A stretch of DNA of 64,000 nucleotides from Bacilli bacterium (GTDB taxonomy: Bacteria > Bacillota_I > Bacilli_A > RFN20 > CAG-826), in the NCBI GenBank assembly GCA_024687185.1, contig JAILEX010000073.1, positions 41 through 64,040 of the forward strand. Direction: 5' to 3'. The notes under the pieces were generated by a model that saw nothing but the letters and a program-made list of their open reading frames with translations, did not search any database and was not told where the DNA came from. The translations under genes were made by a program, and so were the position numbers. The first letter of the stretch is position 1; each line of letters begins with the position of its first letter. Positions 9,934-18,935 of this stretch are shown here, piece by piece.

Positions 9934-10950
9934 ATGTTTCGTAACGACTATGGCGTATTTTGCGCCGATGAGGTATTGGAGGCCCTATATAGGGTGAAGA
10001 ACGAGGAGAATTTTGGCTATGGCGAGGACATCCATACCAAAAACGCGGCCAAGCTCATCCGTTTGACCTTCGGGTTAAAGGAAGATGCGGGCGTCTATTT
10101 CCTATCCGGCGGCACCCAAACCAATATGGCGGTCATCTCCTATTACCTTAGGCCCTATGAGGCCGTGATCTGTTGCGATAGCGGCCATATCAACGTCCAT
10201 GAGACCGGCGCCGTCGAAGCAAGTGGCCATAAGATCCTCACTTGTCCCAATGAAGACGGCAAATTAACCGTGGCGGGGATTAAGGACATCCTTGCCAAGC
10301 ATATCGATAACCACATGGTCAAACCCAAGATGGTCTATATCTCCGATTCCACCGAGACCGGTACGATCTATTCGCTAAAGGAATTGAAGGCCATAAGGAA
10401 GGTCTGCGACGAAAATGGCCTCTATCTATTTATCGACGGCGCGCGTCTAGGGACCGCGCTTACCTGCGTCGGTAACGACGTATTGCCAATAGAATTGGGC
10501 GCCATCGCCGACGTCTTCTATGTCGGCGGGACCAAAAACGGGGCGCTATTTGGCGAAGCAGTGGTCATCAATGACCCCAAACTCGCCCCCGATTTCCTCT
10601 ACCACATCAAAAACAGGGGTGCCCTTCTTGCCAAGGGATTCGTGGCTGGGGTGATGTTTGAGACCCTATTCGATGGCGGGCTTTATTTTAGGCTCGCCCT
10701 CCATGCCAATGAGATGGCGAAGAAGATTAGGGAAGGATTAAGGGAAATCGGGGTTAGGCTATATGGCAATTCCCCGACCAATCAGATCTTCATCTACGTC
10801 GAAAAAGAGAAAAGGAACGCCGTTTTGCAGCGTTTTGCCCTAGAGCCTTGGGGCGAAGAAGGGAACGAAGCCATACTTAGGATCGTCACTAGTTACGCCA
10901 CAAAAGAAAAGGAAGTAGACGAATTGCTTGCCTACTTCCGGAATATTTAG
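9934..10950 (+). CDS. Threonine aldolase / beta-eliminating lyase family PLP enzyme
   Basis: 338 aa. N-terminal FRNDY, GGTQTNM, the PLP-lysine context GGTKNGALFGEA, and a length typical of low-specificity L-threonine aldolases. Ends with TAG. Confidence 0.8.
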   Translation: MFRNDYGVFCADEVLEALYRVKNEENFGYGEDIHTKNAAKLIRLTFGLKEDAGVYFLSGGTQTNMAVISYYLRPYEAVICCDSGHINVHETGAVEASGHKILTCPNEDGKLTVAGIKDILAKHIDNHMVKPKMVYISDSTETGTIYSLKELKAIRKVCDENGLYLFIDGARLGTALTCVGNDVLPIELGAIADVFYVGGTKNGALFGEAVVINDPKLAPDFLYHIKNRGALLAKGFVAGVMFETLFDGGLYFRLALHANEMAKKIREGLREIGVRLYGNSPTNQIFIYVEKEKRNAVLQRFALEPWGEEGNEAILRIVTSYATKEKEVDELLAYFRNI

Positions 10951-11423
10951 TTCCAATATTCGATCGTCAGTTTGTCGAATAGCTTTTCGACTTCGGGGGA
11001 AGGGTTGACGTAACGTTCGACCATGTCTTTGATGACGTCTTCCGGAACCCATTTCTCCTTGATGCGGCTTTTGTTGTTTTGATAGACCACGGAATAGTCA
11101 TGGAATTTGACCATGAAGTGTTCCAAATAGTCATATCCCTTTAGCCTTTTTAGGTAATACATCCTTCTTTCGTCGTCGAGGAAGGTGCTGTCCATGATGA
11201 CGGTGCAATCGCTTTCCCTGGCCATGATCTCGTTAGCCTGGCGGATCATTTCGTCCCAGGCAACAGAGACGGGGTTAGTGAAGATAAGATAGGAACCGGT
11301 TAGGGCTTTCCTGGTCTCATCGGTATCGATGATATAGGTATTGGGATGTTCGGAGGCGTATTTCTTGGCCCAGGTGCTTTTGCCGCTTCCGGCGACCCCG
11401 GCCATGAGAATGAGTTTTCGCAT
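10947..11423 (-). CDS. P-loop kinase-like ATPase (AAA_33-type)
   Basis: 158 aa with Walker A GVAGSGKST. The start overlaps the upstream phnE stop by 1 nt (TAATG), so it is likely co-transcribed with the phn transporter. Confidence 0.6.
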   Translation of the reverse strand: MRKLILMAGVAGSGKSTWAKKYASEHPNTYIIDTDETRKALTGSYLIFTNPVSVAWDEMIRQANEIMARESDCTVIMDSTFLDDERRMYYLKRLKGYDYLEHFMVKFHDYSVVYQNNKSRIKEKWVPEDVIKDMVERYVNPSPEVEKLFDKLTIEYWN

Positions 11424-12346
11424 TACTTCGTAACGACCTTTCTTAGGAAGCTAGAGAAGAGATCCACCAAGACGATGAGCAAGATGATGCCGAGGGTGTC
11501 GGCGCCTAATTGCTGGTATTTGCCATAGGAGAAGTGGAGCAAGACGTTCCAGCCGATACCGGCGTCCTGTTGGATGATAAGGCCTAGCATCGTTCCGGTA
11601 CGGATGTTGATGTCCAGCCTATATAGGCCTACCGAGATGAAGTTTGGCATGACCTGGGGGAGAAGTCCATAGCGGATCTGCTGGAACTTGTTTCCGCCAG
11701 AGCTTTCCAAAGCCTCCATGGGCCCGAAGTCGACGCCGTCGATTTGGTCGGCGTAGAGTTTGCCAATCATGCCGATTGAGTGGAAGGCAAGGGCTATGAT
11801 CGCGGTTAGGACGTGGTAGCCAGAAAGCCTAATGAGGAATAGGGCCAATAGGATTTCCGGGATCGTTCGGATCAAGATCAGGAAGATTTCGGAGATATAG
11901 GCCCACTTGCCGAAGATCCTGTGGCTTGCGAGGATGCCGAAGGGGATCGCGATGAAGAAGGCGATGAGGGTCGCGATGAAGGTGATCGCGAAGGTGATCA
12001 GGATGTTATAGAGAACCCCGCCCGTCCAGCCGCCATCGGCTTCGCTAAAGCCGAAGAAGTAGGCCCAGAAATCGCCGTCCCAAGTGAAGAAGGTGCGGAA
12101 GATCCTGCCGGTATATTCCCAGTTGATCGGCCTATCCCCGAAGGAGAGGATGTCGATTTGCCAGGACATGAAGATGAAGACGCCGATGAAGGTGGCTAGG
12201 AAGATGAGGTTCATGATCCATCTTCTTGGGCGTGCCTGATAGGCGCTTATGGGGTCGGCATAGCTTTTGATGCCGCGGGTATCGCCCACGAAATAGTCGT
12301 GGATGTCGAGGAAAGGCTTCTTGAGAGCTTCGAGGAACTGTTTCAT
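11423..12346 (-). CDS. phnE: Phosphonate ABC transporter permease (PhnE-type)
   Basis: 307-aa polytopic membrane protein with an EAA-like loop (MEALESSGGNKFQQIRYGLLPQV). Lies in an operon with PhnC- and PhnD-like genes. Confidence 0.8.
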   Translation of the reverse strand: MKQFLEALKKPFLDIHDYFVGDTRGIKSYADPISAYQARPRRWIMNLIFLATFIGVFIFMSWQIDILSFGDRPINWEYTGRIFRTFFTWDGDFWAYFFGFSEADGGWTGGVLYNILITFAITFIATLIAFFIAIPFGILASHRIFGKWAYISEIFLILIRTIPEILLALFLIRLSGYHVLTAIIALAFHSIGMIGKLYADQIDGVDFGPMEALESSGGNKFQQIRYGLLPQVMPNFISVGLYRLDINIRTGTMLGLIIQQDAGIGWNVLLHFSYGKYQQLGADTLGIILLIVLVDLFSSFLRKVVTK

Positions 12347-13257
12347 TTGTGGCCCCTCCTCATGAGGAAGTTGGAGACGAACTGGAGTATCATGACGAAT
12401 AGGATAAGCGGGAGTAGCATCGCGCCGACATAGTCATAGTAGTTGTTCTCGATGTTGTTCTGAAGGATTTTGATGTAGCCGCCGAATCCGACGTAAGACA
12501 AGATGACGGAGGCCCTGATGTTGATTTCTAGGCAATAGATGAAGTAAGAGATCCACATCGGTTTGGCATAGGGATGGATGGCGGTCATGATGCACTGGCC
12601 GTTTCTGCCGCCTGCGGCGCGGATCGCCTCAAAGGGCGACATCTCGATGGTTTCGACGTATTGGTACATCATGAGGTATTTGACCGAGATCGTGAATACC
12701 GCCATGGTCAAGACGCCGTTGATGGTGTTGCCGATGGAGAAGATCTGCGAGAAGAAGAAGCAGATAAGGAAGATCGGCAGGGTACGGATGATGTCGAAGA
12801 TGACCCTGACGCCGGTACGGAGCCATTTGACCCTGTTGGTGTTCCTTGCGCAGAGATAATAGATGGGAACCGAGAGGACGGAGCCGATCGCGGTGCCTAG
12901 GAAGCAGATATAGAATAGCTGGAGGAAGCTCGTGGAGAATTGCTGCCATGCATAGGCCCACCATCCGGCGATGTCCCCGGTCCTATAGGGGTTGGGGATG
13001 AATAGGTTCGCGATGGCCTGGCCAAAGGCGGGGAAGTTGATGTTAAGCCTCGCGCCCCAGTTTAGGAGGGCGATGGAGGCGATTAACACGACGATACCTA
13101 GGGTACCTAAGGAAATCAGAAGAACCGGCCTTTTCTTGGTGATGGTGCGCATGTCGCTTCCATCTTGGGCGTCGGAAAGGTCGACCTGGACCTCCCTATG
13201 GACCCATTTATAGAAAAAGCCCTTGTTTTCGGAGGACTCTGCTTTATTCATGGGCAT
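12343..13257 (-). CDS. phnE: Phosphonate ABC transporter permease (second PhnE-type)
   Basis: 304-aa polytopic membrane protein with an EAA-like loop (FEAIRAAGGRNGQCIMTAIHPYA). Has 4-nt overlaps with both neighbours. Confidence 0.8.
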   Translation of the reverse strand: MPMNKAESSENKGFFYKWVHREVQVDLSDAQDGSDMRTITKKRPVLLISLGTLGIVVLIASIALLNWGARLNINFPAFGQAIANLFIPNPYRTGDIAGWWAYAWQQFSTSFLQLFYICFLGTAIGSVLSVPIYYLCARNTNRVKWLRTGVRVIFDIIRTLPIFLICFFFSQIFSIGNTINGVLTMAVFTISVKYLMMYQYVETIEMSPFEAIRAAGGRNGQCIMTAIHPYAKPMWISYFIYCLEINIRASVILSYVGFGGYIKILQNNIENNYYDYVGAMLLPLILFVMILQFVSNFLMRRGHK

Positions 13258-14044
13258 CCTCCGTGACGGGCTCGATGTCGTCGATGTTGCCGAGGGTTTC
13301 GTTCTTGTTCAAAGCCCTGCCATAGATCTTCATGGTGACTTCGTCGGTGACTTCATCCGGCCTGCCGTCGAAAACGATCTGGCCGGCTTTGATGCCGATG
13401 ATGCGGGAAGAGTATTTCTTCGCGAGGTCAACGTGGTGCATGTTGGCGATGATGGTGATGCCCATCCTGTTGATGCGGGTGAAATCGTTCATGACGGCGA
13501 TCGTGGTCGCGGGGTCGAGGGAAGCGACGGGTTCATCCGCCAAAATGAGGTGGGGTTCCTGGGTTAGGGCCCTGGCGAGGGCGACGCGCTGTTGCTGGCC
13601 GCCGGAAAGGTGGTTGGCCCTGACGTAGGCTTTGTCGAGGATCCCAAATTTGTCGAGGGATTGCAAAGCCAAAAGCTTTTCTTCCTTGGAATAGATTCCA
13701 AAAATGGTCTCGAAGGTGGAGTGATACCCCACTCGGCCTGCGAGAACATTCGTGATGACGTTGCTGCGCTTGACCAAGTTGAAGGACTGGAAGATCATGC
13801 CGATGTTGCGACGCTGGACTCTTAGGGCTTTGCCCTTGAGGGTGGCGATGTCGACGCCGTCGATGATGATTTCCCCGGCTTGGACGTCGTTAAGACGGTT
13901 GATGCAGCGAACCAAGGTGCTCTTTCCCGCACCCGAGAGCCCGATGATCGAGACGAATTCGCCGTCCTCAATCTTCAAGTTGACGTCGGACAATGCTTTA
14001 AATCCGTTGGAGTAGACTTTGTCTACATGTTTAAGTTCAATCAT
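13244..14044 (-). CDS. phnC: Phosphonate ABC transporter ATP-binding protein
   Basis: 266 aa. Walker A GLSGAGKST, signature LSGGQQQRVALARAL, Walker B ILADEP. The N-terminus IELKHVDKVYSNG is typical of PhnC. Confidence 0.9.
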   Translation of the reverse strand: MIELKHVDKVYSNGFKALSDVNLKIEDGEFVSIIGLSGAGKSTLVRCINRLNDVQAGEIIIDGVDIATLKGKALRVQRRNIGMIFQSFNLVKRSNVITNVLAGRVGYHSTFETIFGIYSKEEKLLALQSLDKFGILDKAYVRANHLSGGQQQRVALARALTQEPHLILADEPVASLDPATTIAVMNDFTRINRMGITIIANMHHVDLAKKYSSRIIGIKAGQIVFDGRPDEVTDEVTMKIYGRALNKNETLGNIDDIEPVTEDAHE

Positions 14045-14111
14045 ATATGGGCTCTCCTGGGTGGGAAAATTAGTTAATTAATGGAATTGGTTAAGAAAGG
14101 TAGGAACGCGC

Positions 14112-15296
14112 TTATTTGGTGTTCTGAAGGGTCCACTTGTACATGGAGCGGGCACTTTCGTAGTCACTATCCTGGGCATCGACATAGCCGGTGTGGCTAT
14201 AGATCTGATAGAGGTAGTAGGCAGCGGTGTTTTCCTTGTCTTTGGCACCATCTTTGGCAGCGGCCTTGAAGGCTTTCTTGATGGCATCGATCTTGTCCTG
14301 GCTTAGGTCGGCGCGGACGGAGACGGTGTCGTTCATGATGGGATCCATGACTTCGACGCAATAGCCCTTGGTGAAGAGGGTTTCGTCTTTGTAGTACTTG
14401 GAGGAATCCTGGACGAAGGCACCGCCATAGCGGATATCCATATAGCCGCACATGGCATCGATTCTGCCTTCCATAAGGGCGGCGACGCCTTCGGAGTAGG
14501 AAGCCTGCTCAGCGGAGATCATGGCCTTTTCCTTGTCGGCGGCGGAGAGGGCATCGTAGTCGTTCTTGGCGTAGAAGCCCTTGGTGTAACCCTTCTGGTG
14601 GATGGTGTAGGTGGGATAGATGTAACCGGCGGAGGAGGTGGCGCCCATGACGCCGACGATGCCGTTGTTATCCTTGATTTCCTTGATGGTGGTCTTGCCA
14701 TCGCCGTCGCTATCGAGGGCGGGAAGCTTTAGTTCGGCCCTGGCGGAGTCGCGGAGGGTGATCATGATGGCGCTATAGAAGGAGACTTCGGTGGCGCTCT
14801 GTTCGCCGCGATAGACATAGGCGTTGGAGGCGTTGTCCTTGGTGACGGCCTTGCCATCCTTGGTGACTTCGCCGTTCATGGCAGCGCGCTGGAGTTCTTT
14901 GGCTTCGGCGGTGAATCCGGGGAAGTCGTCGGCCTGGACCTTATAGCCGGCACGGGAGGCGGAGAGGACGACCTTGACCTTGTTGGGGGTGTCGATGGTG
15001 CACTGGGCATAACCGGAAGCGGTTAGGAAGCCACCGTCGATTTGGCCTGCGGCAAGAGCGGACGTCGTTGCGGCATAGGAGGTACCAACGTCGATTTTGA
15101 AGGTATAGCCGGTGTCCTTAACGTATTCGTTGAGGTAGGGGGTGAGTTTGGTTGCCATGTTGAGCAACACGGTGGAGTCGTTGGAGGGGACGAGCTGGAC
15201 GTGGATCTCTTTGCTCTCAGCACTGCCGCCGCAAGAAGCGAGGGCAGACAAGCTCATGAGACCTAGTAGCAAAACGGATTTGGAAGTATGTTTCAT
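14112..15296 (-). CDS. phnD: Phosphonate/phosphite-type ABC substrate-binding lipoprotein (PhnD family)
   Basis: 394 aa. Lipobox LSALASCGG. Operon position is upstream of phnC-phnE-phnE. The periplasmic-binding-protein-like composition gives a family-level call only. Confidence 0.7.
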   Translation of the reverse strand: MKHTSKSVLLLGLMSLSALASCGGSAESKEIHVQLVPSNDSTVLLNMATKLTPYLNEYVKDTGYTFKIDVGTSYAATTSALAAGQIDGGFLTASGYAQCTIDTPNKVKVVLSASRAGYKVQADDFPGFTAEAKELQRAAMNGEVTKDGKAVTKDNASNAYVYRGEQSATEVSFYSAIMITLRDSARAELKLPALDSDGDGKTTIKEIKDNNGIVGVMGATSSAGYIYPTYTIHQKGYTKGFYAKNDYDALSAADKEKAMISAEQASYSEGVAALMEGRIDAMCGYMDIRYGGAFVQDSSKYYKDETLFTKGYCVEVMDPIMNDTVSVRADLSQDKIDAIKKAFKAAAKDGAKDKENTAAYYLYQIYSHTGYVDAQDSDYESARSMYKWTLQNTK

Positions 15297-15803
15297 TCTT
15301 TTTCCTTTCGCGCCTACAGTTGGCGCTATTGGCTTTTCGCCGTATTTGAATATGTTACGTCCGTGCGCAAAAAGAAAGAGGAAGATGATGAAACCGTTTT
15401 CTTATTTTTTCCAAACCGCTTTTCTCTTGCGCAATAGCACCTATAGGATGATAATGAAGTATTCCAAAAGACCGATAGAATCGAACTTTTTTTCTTTTGT
15501 AGTCAAATAGAATAATTCATTTTCCCCCATTTTGTAAAGAGCGAGATTTTCATAATACGGGCCGTTTTTCTCTTATCCATAAGTTATCTTTCGATATGGT
15601 TTTTTATAGATAAACCCACGTTTATTTTCTCGATGCCTTTTTCTTTGCGCCAACATCGTTTTGAAACCCTCTATATATAAATATAAATAGGATAGGTTGA
15701 ATCTATTTGGATAAGTTTGAATCAACATAAGAATCATCGCTACGAAACTTCTTGAATTTCTTTGAATTCCATTGTATTCTATAGTCATGAAGGAGGAAAA
15801 GAC

Positions 15804-16181
15804 ATGCCGATAACATGGTTTAGCCTAAAGGAAAAGGTGGGTACGGCCAGCTTCTATGGCACCAACATCACCTTGAACACCATCGCCTCAATCCCCTTTG
15901 CAGATGCCTATCGCGTCCAGGTGGGACTAGACGAATCGGGCAACGTCGTCATCCAACCTTTGTCCAAGGACAGGGTGATCCGCGGAGACCTAGACGAATA
16001 CGCGATCCAGACGATCGCGGTCAAGAAGACCTACTCCAGGATCTCCTCCACCCCCTTGATGAAACAGGTTGGCGAAGCCCTCGGGATCGAATTAAGCGAT
16101 TCCCCAAAGAAATACGAGACGACCTGGGATGAGAAGGAGAACATCCTCACCATCCATACCGGAAAGGAGAAAGCGAAATGA
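15804..16181 (+). CDS. Hypothetical protein, first gene of the NfeD/SPFH operon
   Basis: ATG at 15804 is preceded by a strong RBS (GAAGGAGGAAAAGAC). The ORF-track start at 15762 lacks an RBS. The stop overlaps the nfeD start (ATGA). No recognisable motif. Confidence 0.5.
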   Translation: MPITWFSLKEKVGTASFYGTNITLNTIASIPFADAYRVQVGLDESGNVVIQPLSKDRVIRGDLDEYAIQTIAVKKTYSRISSTPLMKQVGEALGIELSDSPKKYETTWDEKENILTIHTGKEKAK

Positions 16182-16627
16182 CATTCCTAGACTTTTTATG
16201 GGTCGTTTGGCTGGCGGTGTTCGTCATCGCCCTCATCATCGAGGCGTCCACAAGCGAACTCGTCTCCATCTGGTTTGCCCTAGGCGCCCTATTCGCGGTC
16301 GTGATCTCGGTCATTCCCGGCGCGGGATGGTGGATATCGCTCATCGTCTTCGCGGTCATCTCGGTGGCGACGCTATTATGTCTTAGGCCCCTTGCCAATA
16401 GGCTGCTTAAGCGCAACACCGTCAGGACCAACATCGACGAGATCATCCACAAGAAAGGCAAGATGGTCAAAGGTTATGACGAATATAACCATGGCGAAGT
16501 CAAGATCAACGGCGTGATCTGGACCGCCATCAACACGGAAGAGAAGAAGCCCCTTCCAGAAGGCACCTCCGTCGAGGTGCTCGCCGTAGACGGCAATAAG
16601 CTCGTCGTAAAGGAAATCGTAGGGTGA
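16178..16627 (+). CDS. NfeD family membrane protein
   Basis: 149 aa. Three or four N-terminal TM helices plus a C-terminal soluble beta-rich domain (GEVKINGVIWTAINTEE...VEVLAVDGNKLVVKE). Classic position immediately upstream of an SPFH gene. Confidence 0.75.
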   Translation: MTFLDFLWVVWLAVFVIALIIEASTSELVSIWFALGALFAVVISVIPGAGWWISLIVFAVISVATLLCLRPLANRLLKRNTVRTNIDEIIHKKGKMVKGYDEYNHGEVKINGVIWTAINTEEKKPLPEGTSVEVLAVDGNKLVVKEIVG

Positions 16628-16668
16628 TGCCTTCATCCCCTGGCGATTAGAAAGGAAAAACAATCAAT

Positions 16669-17610
16669 ATGGAACCCTATGTCGTAGCAATCATAGTCAT
16701 CGCGGTCATCGTCTTCGTGTTGCTCATCGTCTTCATCTCATCGATCCGCATCATCCGCCAGACGGAAAAGGCGGTCGTGGAAAGGCTAGGCAAATACCTG
16801 AAGACCTGGGACACCGGCATCCACATGCTCGTCCCGTTCGTGGACAGAGTCGCCCACAAAGTCTCCATGAAGGAGCAGGTCCACGACTTCCCACCCCAAC
16901 CCGTCATCACCAAGGACAACGTCACGATGCAAATCGACACGATCGTTTTCTTCCAGGTGACCGACCCCAAACTCTACGCCTATGGCGTGGAAAACCCGAT
17001 CGGGGCCATCGAAAACCTCTCCTCCACCACCCTTCGTAACATCATCGGCGAACTAGACCTAGACGCCACCCTTACTTCTAGGGATATCATCAACGCCAAA
17101 ATGCGTTCGATCCTAGACGAGGCGACCGACCCCTGGGGCATCAAGGTCAACCGCGTTGAGGTCAAGAACATCCTTCCCCCGAAGGACATCCGCGAAGCCA
17201 TGGAACGTCAGATGAGGGCCGAACGCGAGAAGAGGGAAAAGATCCTCCTCGCCGAAGGCCAGAGGCAATCCGCGATCTTGATCGCCGAGGGCGAAAAGGA
17301 ATCCATGATCCTTAACGCCGAGGCCAGCAAGCAAGCCAAGATCAAGGCCGCCGAGGCCGAAGCGGAATCTATCCGCAAGGTCAAGGAAGCCGAGGCCGAG
17401 GGCATCAAGATGGTCCGCGAAGCCGAAGCTAAGGGTCTGGAGATGCTAAAAGGCGCCGAGGTCGACGAAAAGGTATTGGCGTTAAAGTCCTACGAAACCC
17501 TCTCCAAGGTAAGCGAAGGACAGGCCACCAAACTCATCGTCCCCACTGACCTTACCAAGGTCACTTCCCTTGCCTCGGTCATCAAAGAGACCATCAAGGA
17601 AGATAAGTAA
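16669..17610 (+). CDS. SPFH/Band 7 (stomatin/QmcA-like) protein
   Basis: 313 aa. N-terminal TM helix. Strong resemblance to QmcA-type stomatins (VVERLGKY...LVPFVDRV, DEATDPWGIKVNRVEVKNI, AEGQRQSAILIAEGEKES). Confidence 0.9.
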   Translation: MEPYVVAIIVIAVIVFVLLIVFISSIRIIRQTEKAVVERLGKYLKTWDTGIHMLVPFVDRVAHKVSMKEQVHDFPPQPVITKDNVTMQIDTIVFFQVTDPKLYAYGVENPIGAIENLSSTTLRNIIGELDLDATLTSRDIINAKMRSILDEATDPWGIKVNRVEVKNILPPKDIREAMERQMRAEREKREKILLAEGQRQSAILIAEGEKESMILNAEASKQAKIKAAEAEAESIRKVKEAEAEGIKMVREAEAKGLEMLKGAEVDEKVLALKSYETLSKVSEGQATKLIVPTDLTKVTSLASVIKETIKEDK

Positions 17611-17638
17611 GCCTTAGTCCAAAACTAGCGGAAACGAT

Positions 17639-17689
17639 AACCCCGCCTTTCTCCCACATGGGGGAATGGTGGGGTTTTCCTTATTTTTT
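17639..17689 (+). terminator. Terminator after the SPFH operon
   Basis: 9-bp stem AACCCCGCC/GGTGGGGTT (one G-U pair) with a 20-nt loop, followed by the T-rich TTCCTTATTTTTT. Confidence 0.55.
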
Positions 17690-17753
17690 CCCTTATCTCT
17701 CCCCTAAGTGGAGGAAAAGATTTATCATAGATAACGTAAACAGGGGATACGAT

Positions 17754-18935
17754 ATGCTTTTTAGAATCTACTCCGACGCCTTCAAAGGCGTTTATAAACG
17801 CATGGGCGAGGAATTCCCGCCTTCCGAGATGAAGCCTTTCGAGGCCTTTTCCTCTTTGCTTGGCGATGGCAAATACATTTGCCTTGCCTTAAAGGAAGAC
17901 GAGGAGATCAAGGGCTATTGCCTAGGCTGCCCCATAGAGGGAGGGTATTTCTACCTCGATTACCTCCATGTCTATAAAGAGAACCAGGGAAGGGGGTATG
18001 GGCAGAAGATCCTTAGGGAACTGCTTTCTTCTTTTGGCGAATCAGGCGTCTTTTTGGAAACGGAGCCCGTAGAAGAGGATGAGGACTATGATTCGAACAA
18101 AAGCAGAAGGATGAGGTTCTACGATAGATTCGACATCGCCTGCGGGGATTTCGAATACCGCTTCCCCTGCGTGGATGGGGGCAGCGTCCACCTCGTCTTG
18201 GACTTTATCCCCGGGAAAAAGACGCATGTCGACGCGGACACCATCCGCTTCGTCATCAAAAGCGCCCACGACGTAATCCATGCGGCCTTGCCCCATAAGG
18301 ATGAGACGATGGCCCTATATTTTAATGACGTCAAGGATATCCTCGCCCATAGGTTCTCCTTCACCGGGGTCGATATGGAGAAGGAAGAGGAAATAGAAAC
18401 CGTCGGCAGGCTTATCTACCATACCGATCCTTACGTCTATCCCGATTATTTCGAAGGGGATATCGAAATGGCGGCCAAAGTCGCCAAGGGGCTTTTGCTT
18501 AGGGAAAACGTCTATAACCATAAACATATCTTGGTTGGAAGGATAGACGGGGAGATCGCGGGGTATCTAACCGTTTTGGATAGCTATCCTAAGGATAACC
18601 ACGAGGAGATGAAGCGCGCCTTTTTGGACACGATCGGTTACCTGCCCCCGTTATTCGACAAGGTCATGAAAGGCTATTTCGATGAATTGTCCTCGGGTTG
18701 GGAAGGGACGCAGATCCTCTCTTTGGCCGTCCTTCCCAAATATCGCCGCCTAGGGGTGGCGAGGAAGATGCTGAATTCGCTTCCCAAAGACAAAACCTAT
18801 ACCCTTGCCTGCGTTAAGGAAAATAGGGCAGGTAGAAGGCTATATGCAAAATGCGGGTATGTCCTTAGCTATGAATATCCAGGCTACACCGACGTCCCCT
18901 GCGTCGAACTCATCAAAAGGAGGAAGGAAAAATGA
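17754..18935 (+). CDS. Tandem (double) GNAT-family N-acetyltransferase
   Basis: Two acetyl-CoA motif-A-like segments: QGRGYGQKILRELL and RRLGVARKMLNSL. The start is chosen at ATG 17754 (RBS AGGGGA 7 nt upstream), because the longer ORF-track start at 17658 lies inside the upstream terminator hairpin. The stop overlaps the next gene's start (ATGA). Confidence 0.75.
   Translation: MLFRIYSDAFKGVYKRMGEEFPPSEMKPFEAFSSLLGDGKYICLALKEDEEIKGYCLGCPIEGGYFYLDYLHVYKENQGRGYGQKILRELLSSFGESGVFLETEPVEEDEDYDSNKSRRMRFYDRFDIACGDFEYRFPCVDGGSVHLVLDFIPGKKTHVDADTIRFVIKSAHDVIHAALPHKDETMALYFNDVKDILAHRFSFTGVDMEKEEEIETVGRLIYHTDPYVYPDYFEGDIEMAAKVAKGLLLRENVYNHKHILVGRIDGEIAGYLTVLDSYPKDNHEEMKRAFLDTIGYLPPLFDKVMKGYFDELSSGWEGTQILSLAVLPKYRRLGVARKMLNSLPKDKTYTLACVKENRAGRRLYAKCGYVLSYEYPGYTDVPCVELIKRRKEK

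Noticed and set aside
12574-13628. Multiple +-strand ORFs (60-114 aa) overlapping phnE and phnC
   Set aside because: They are antisense to well-supported ABC transporter genes. Their Asp/Gly/Arg-rich, low-complexity translations are typical of shadow frames.
15573-15788. 71-aa basic ORF in the AT-rich phnD / hypothetical-gene spacer
   Set aside because: Its start overlaps the RBS region of the opposing gene. It has no SD and an AT-driven Lys/Tyr/Arg-rich composition. It is unsupported without conservation data.
16178-16181. Mollicutes-type code (UGA = Trp)
   Set aside because: TGA terminates many genes at expected lengths (e.g. 16181, 16627, 18935, 33059, 34839, 41572, 54404, 61719), often as ATGA overlaps. 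Trp is encoded by TGG throughout.
17658-17753. Longer N-terminal extension of the GNAT ORF (MGEWWGFPYFFPY...)
   Set aside because: The ATG at 17658 lies inside the loop of the upstream terminator hairpin and lacks an RBS. ATG 17754 has an AGGGGA RBS. Similar ORF-track extensions were trimmed for 15762, 48392, 52847, 54096, 56095 and 58415.
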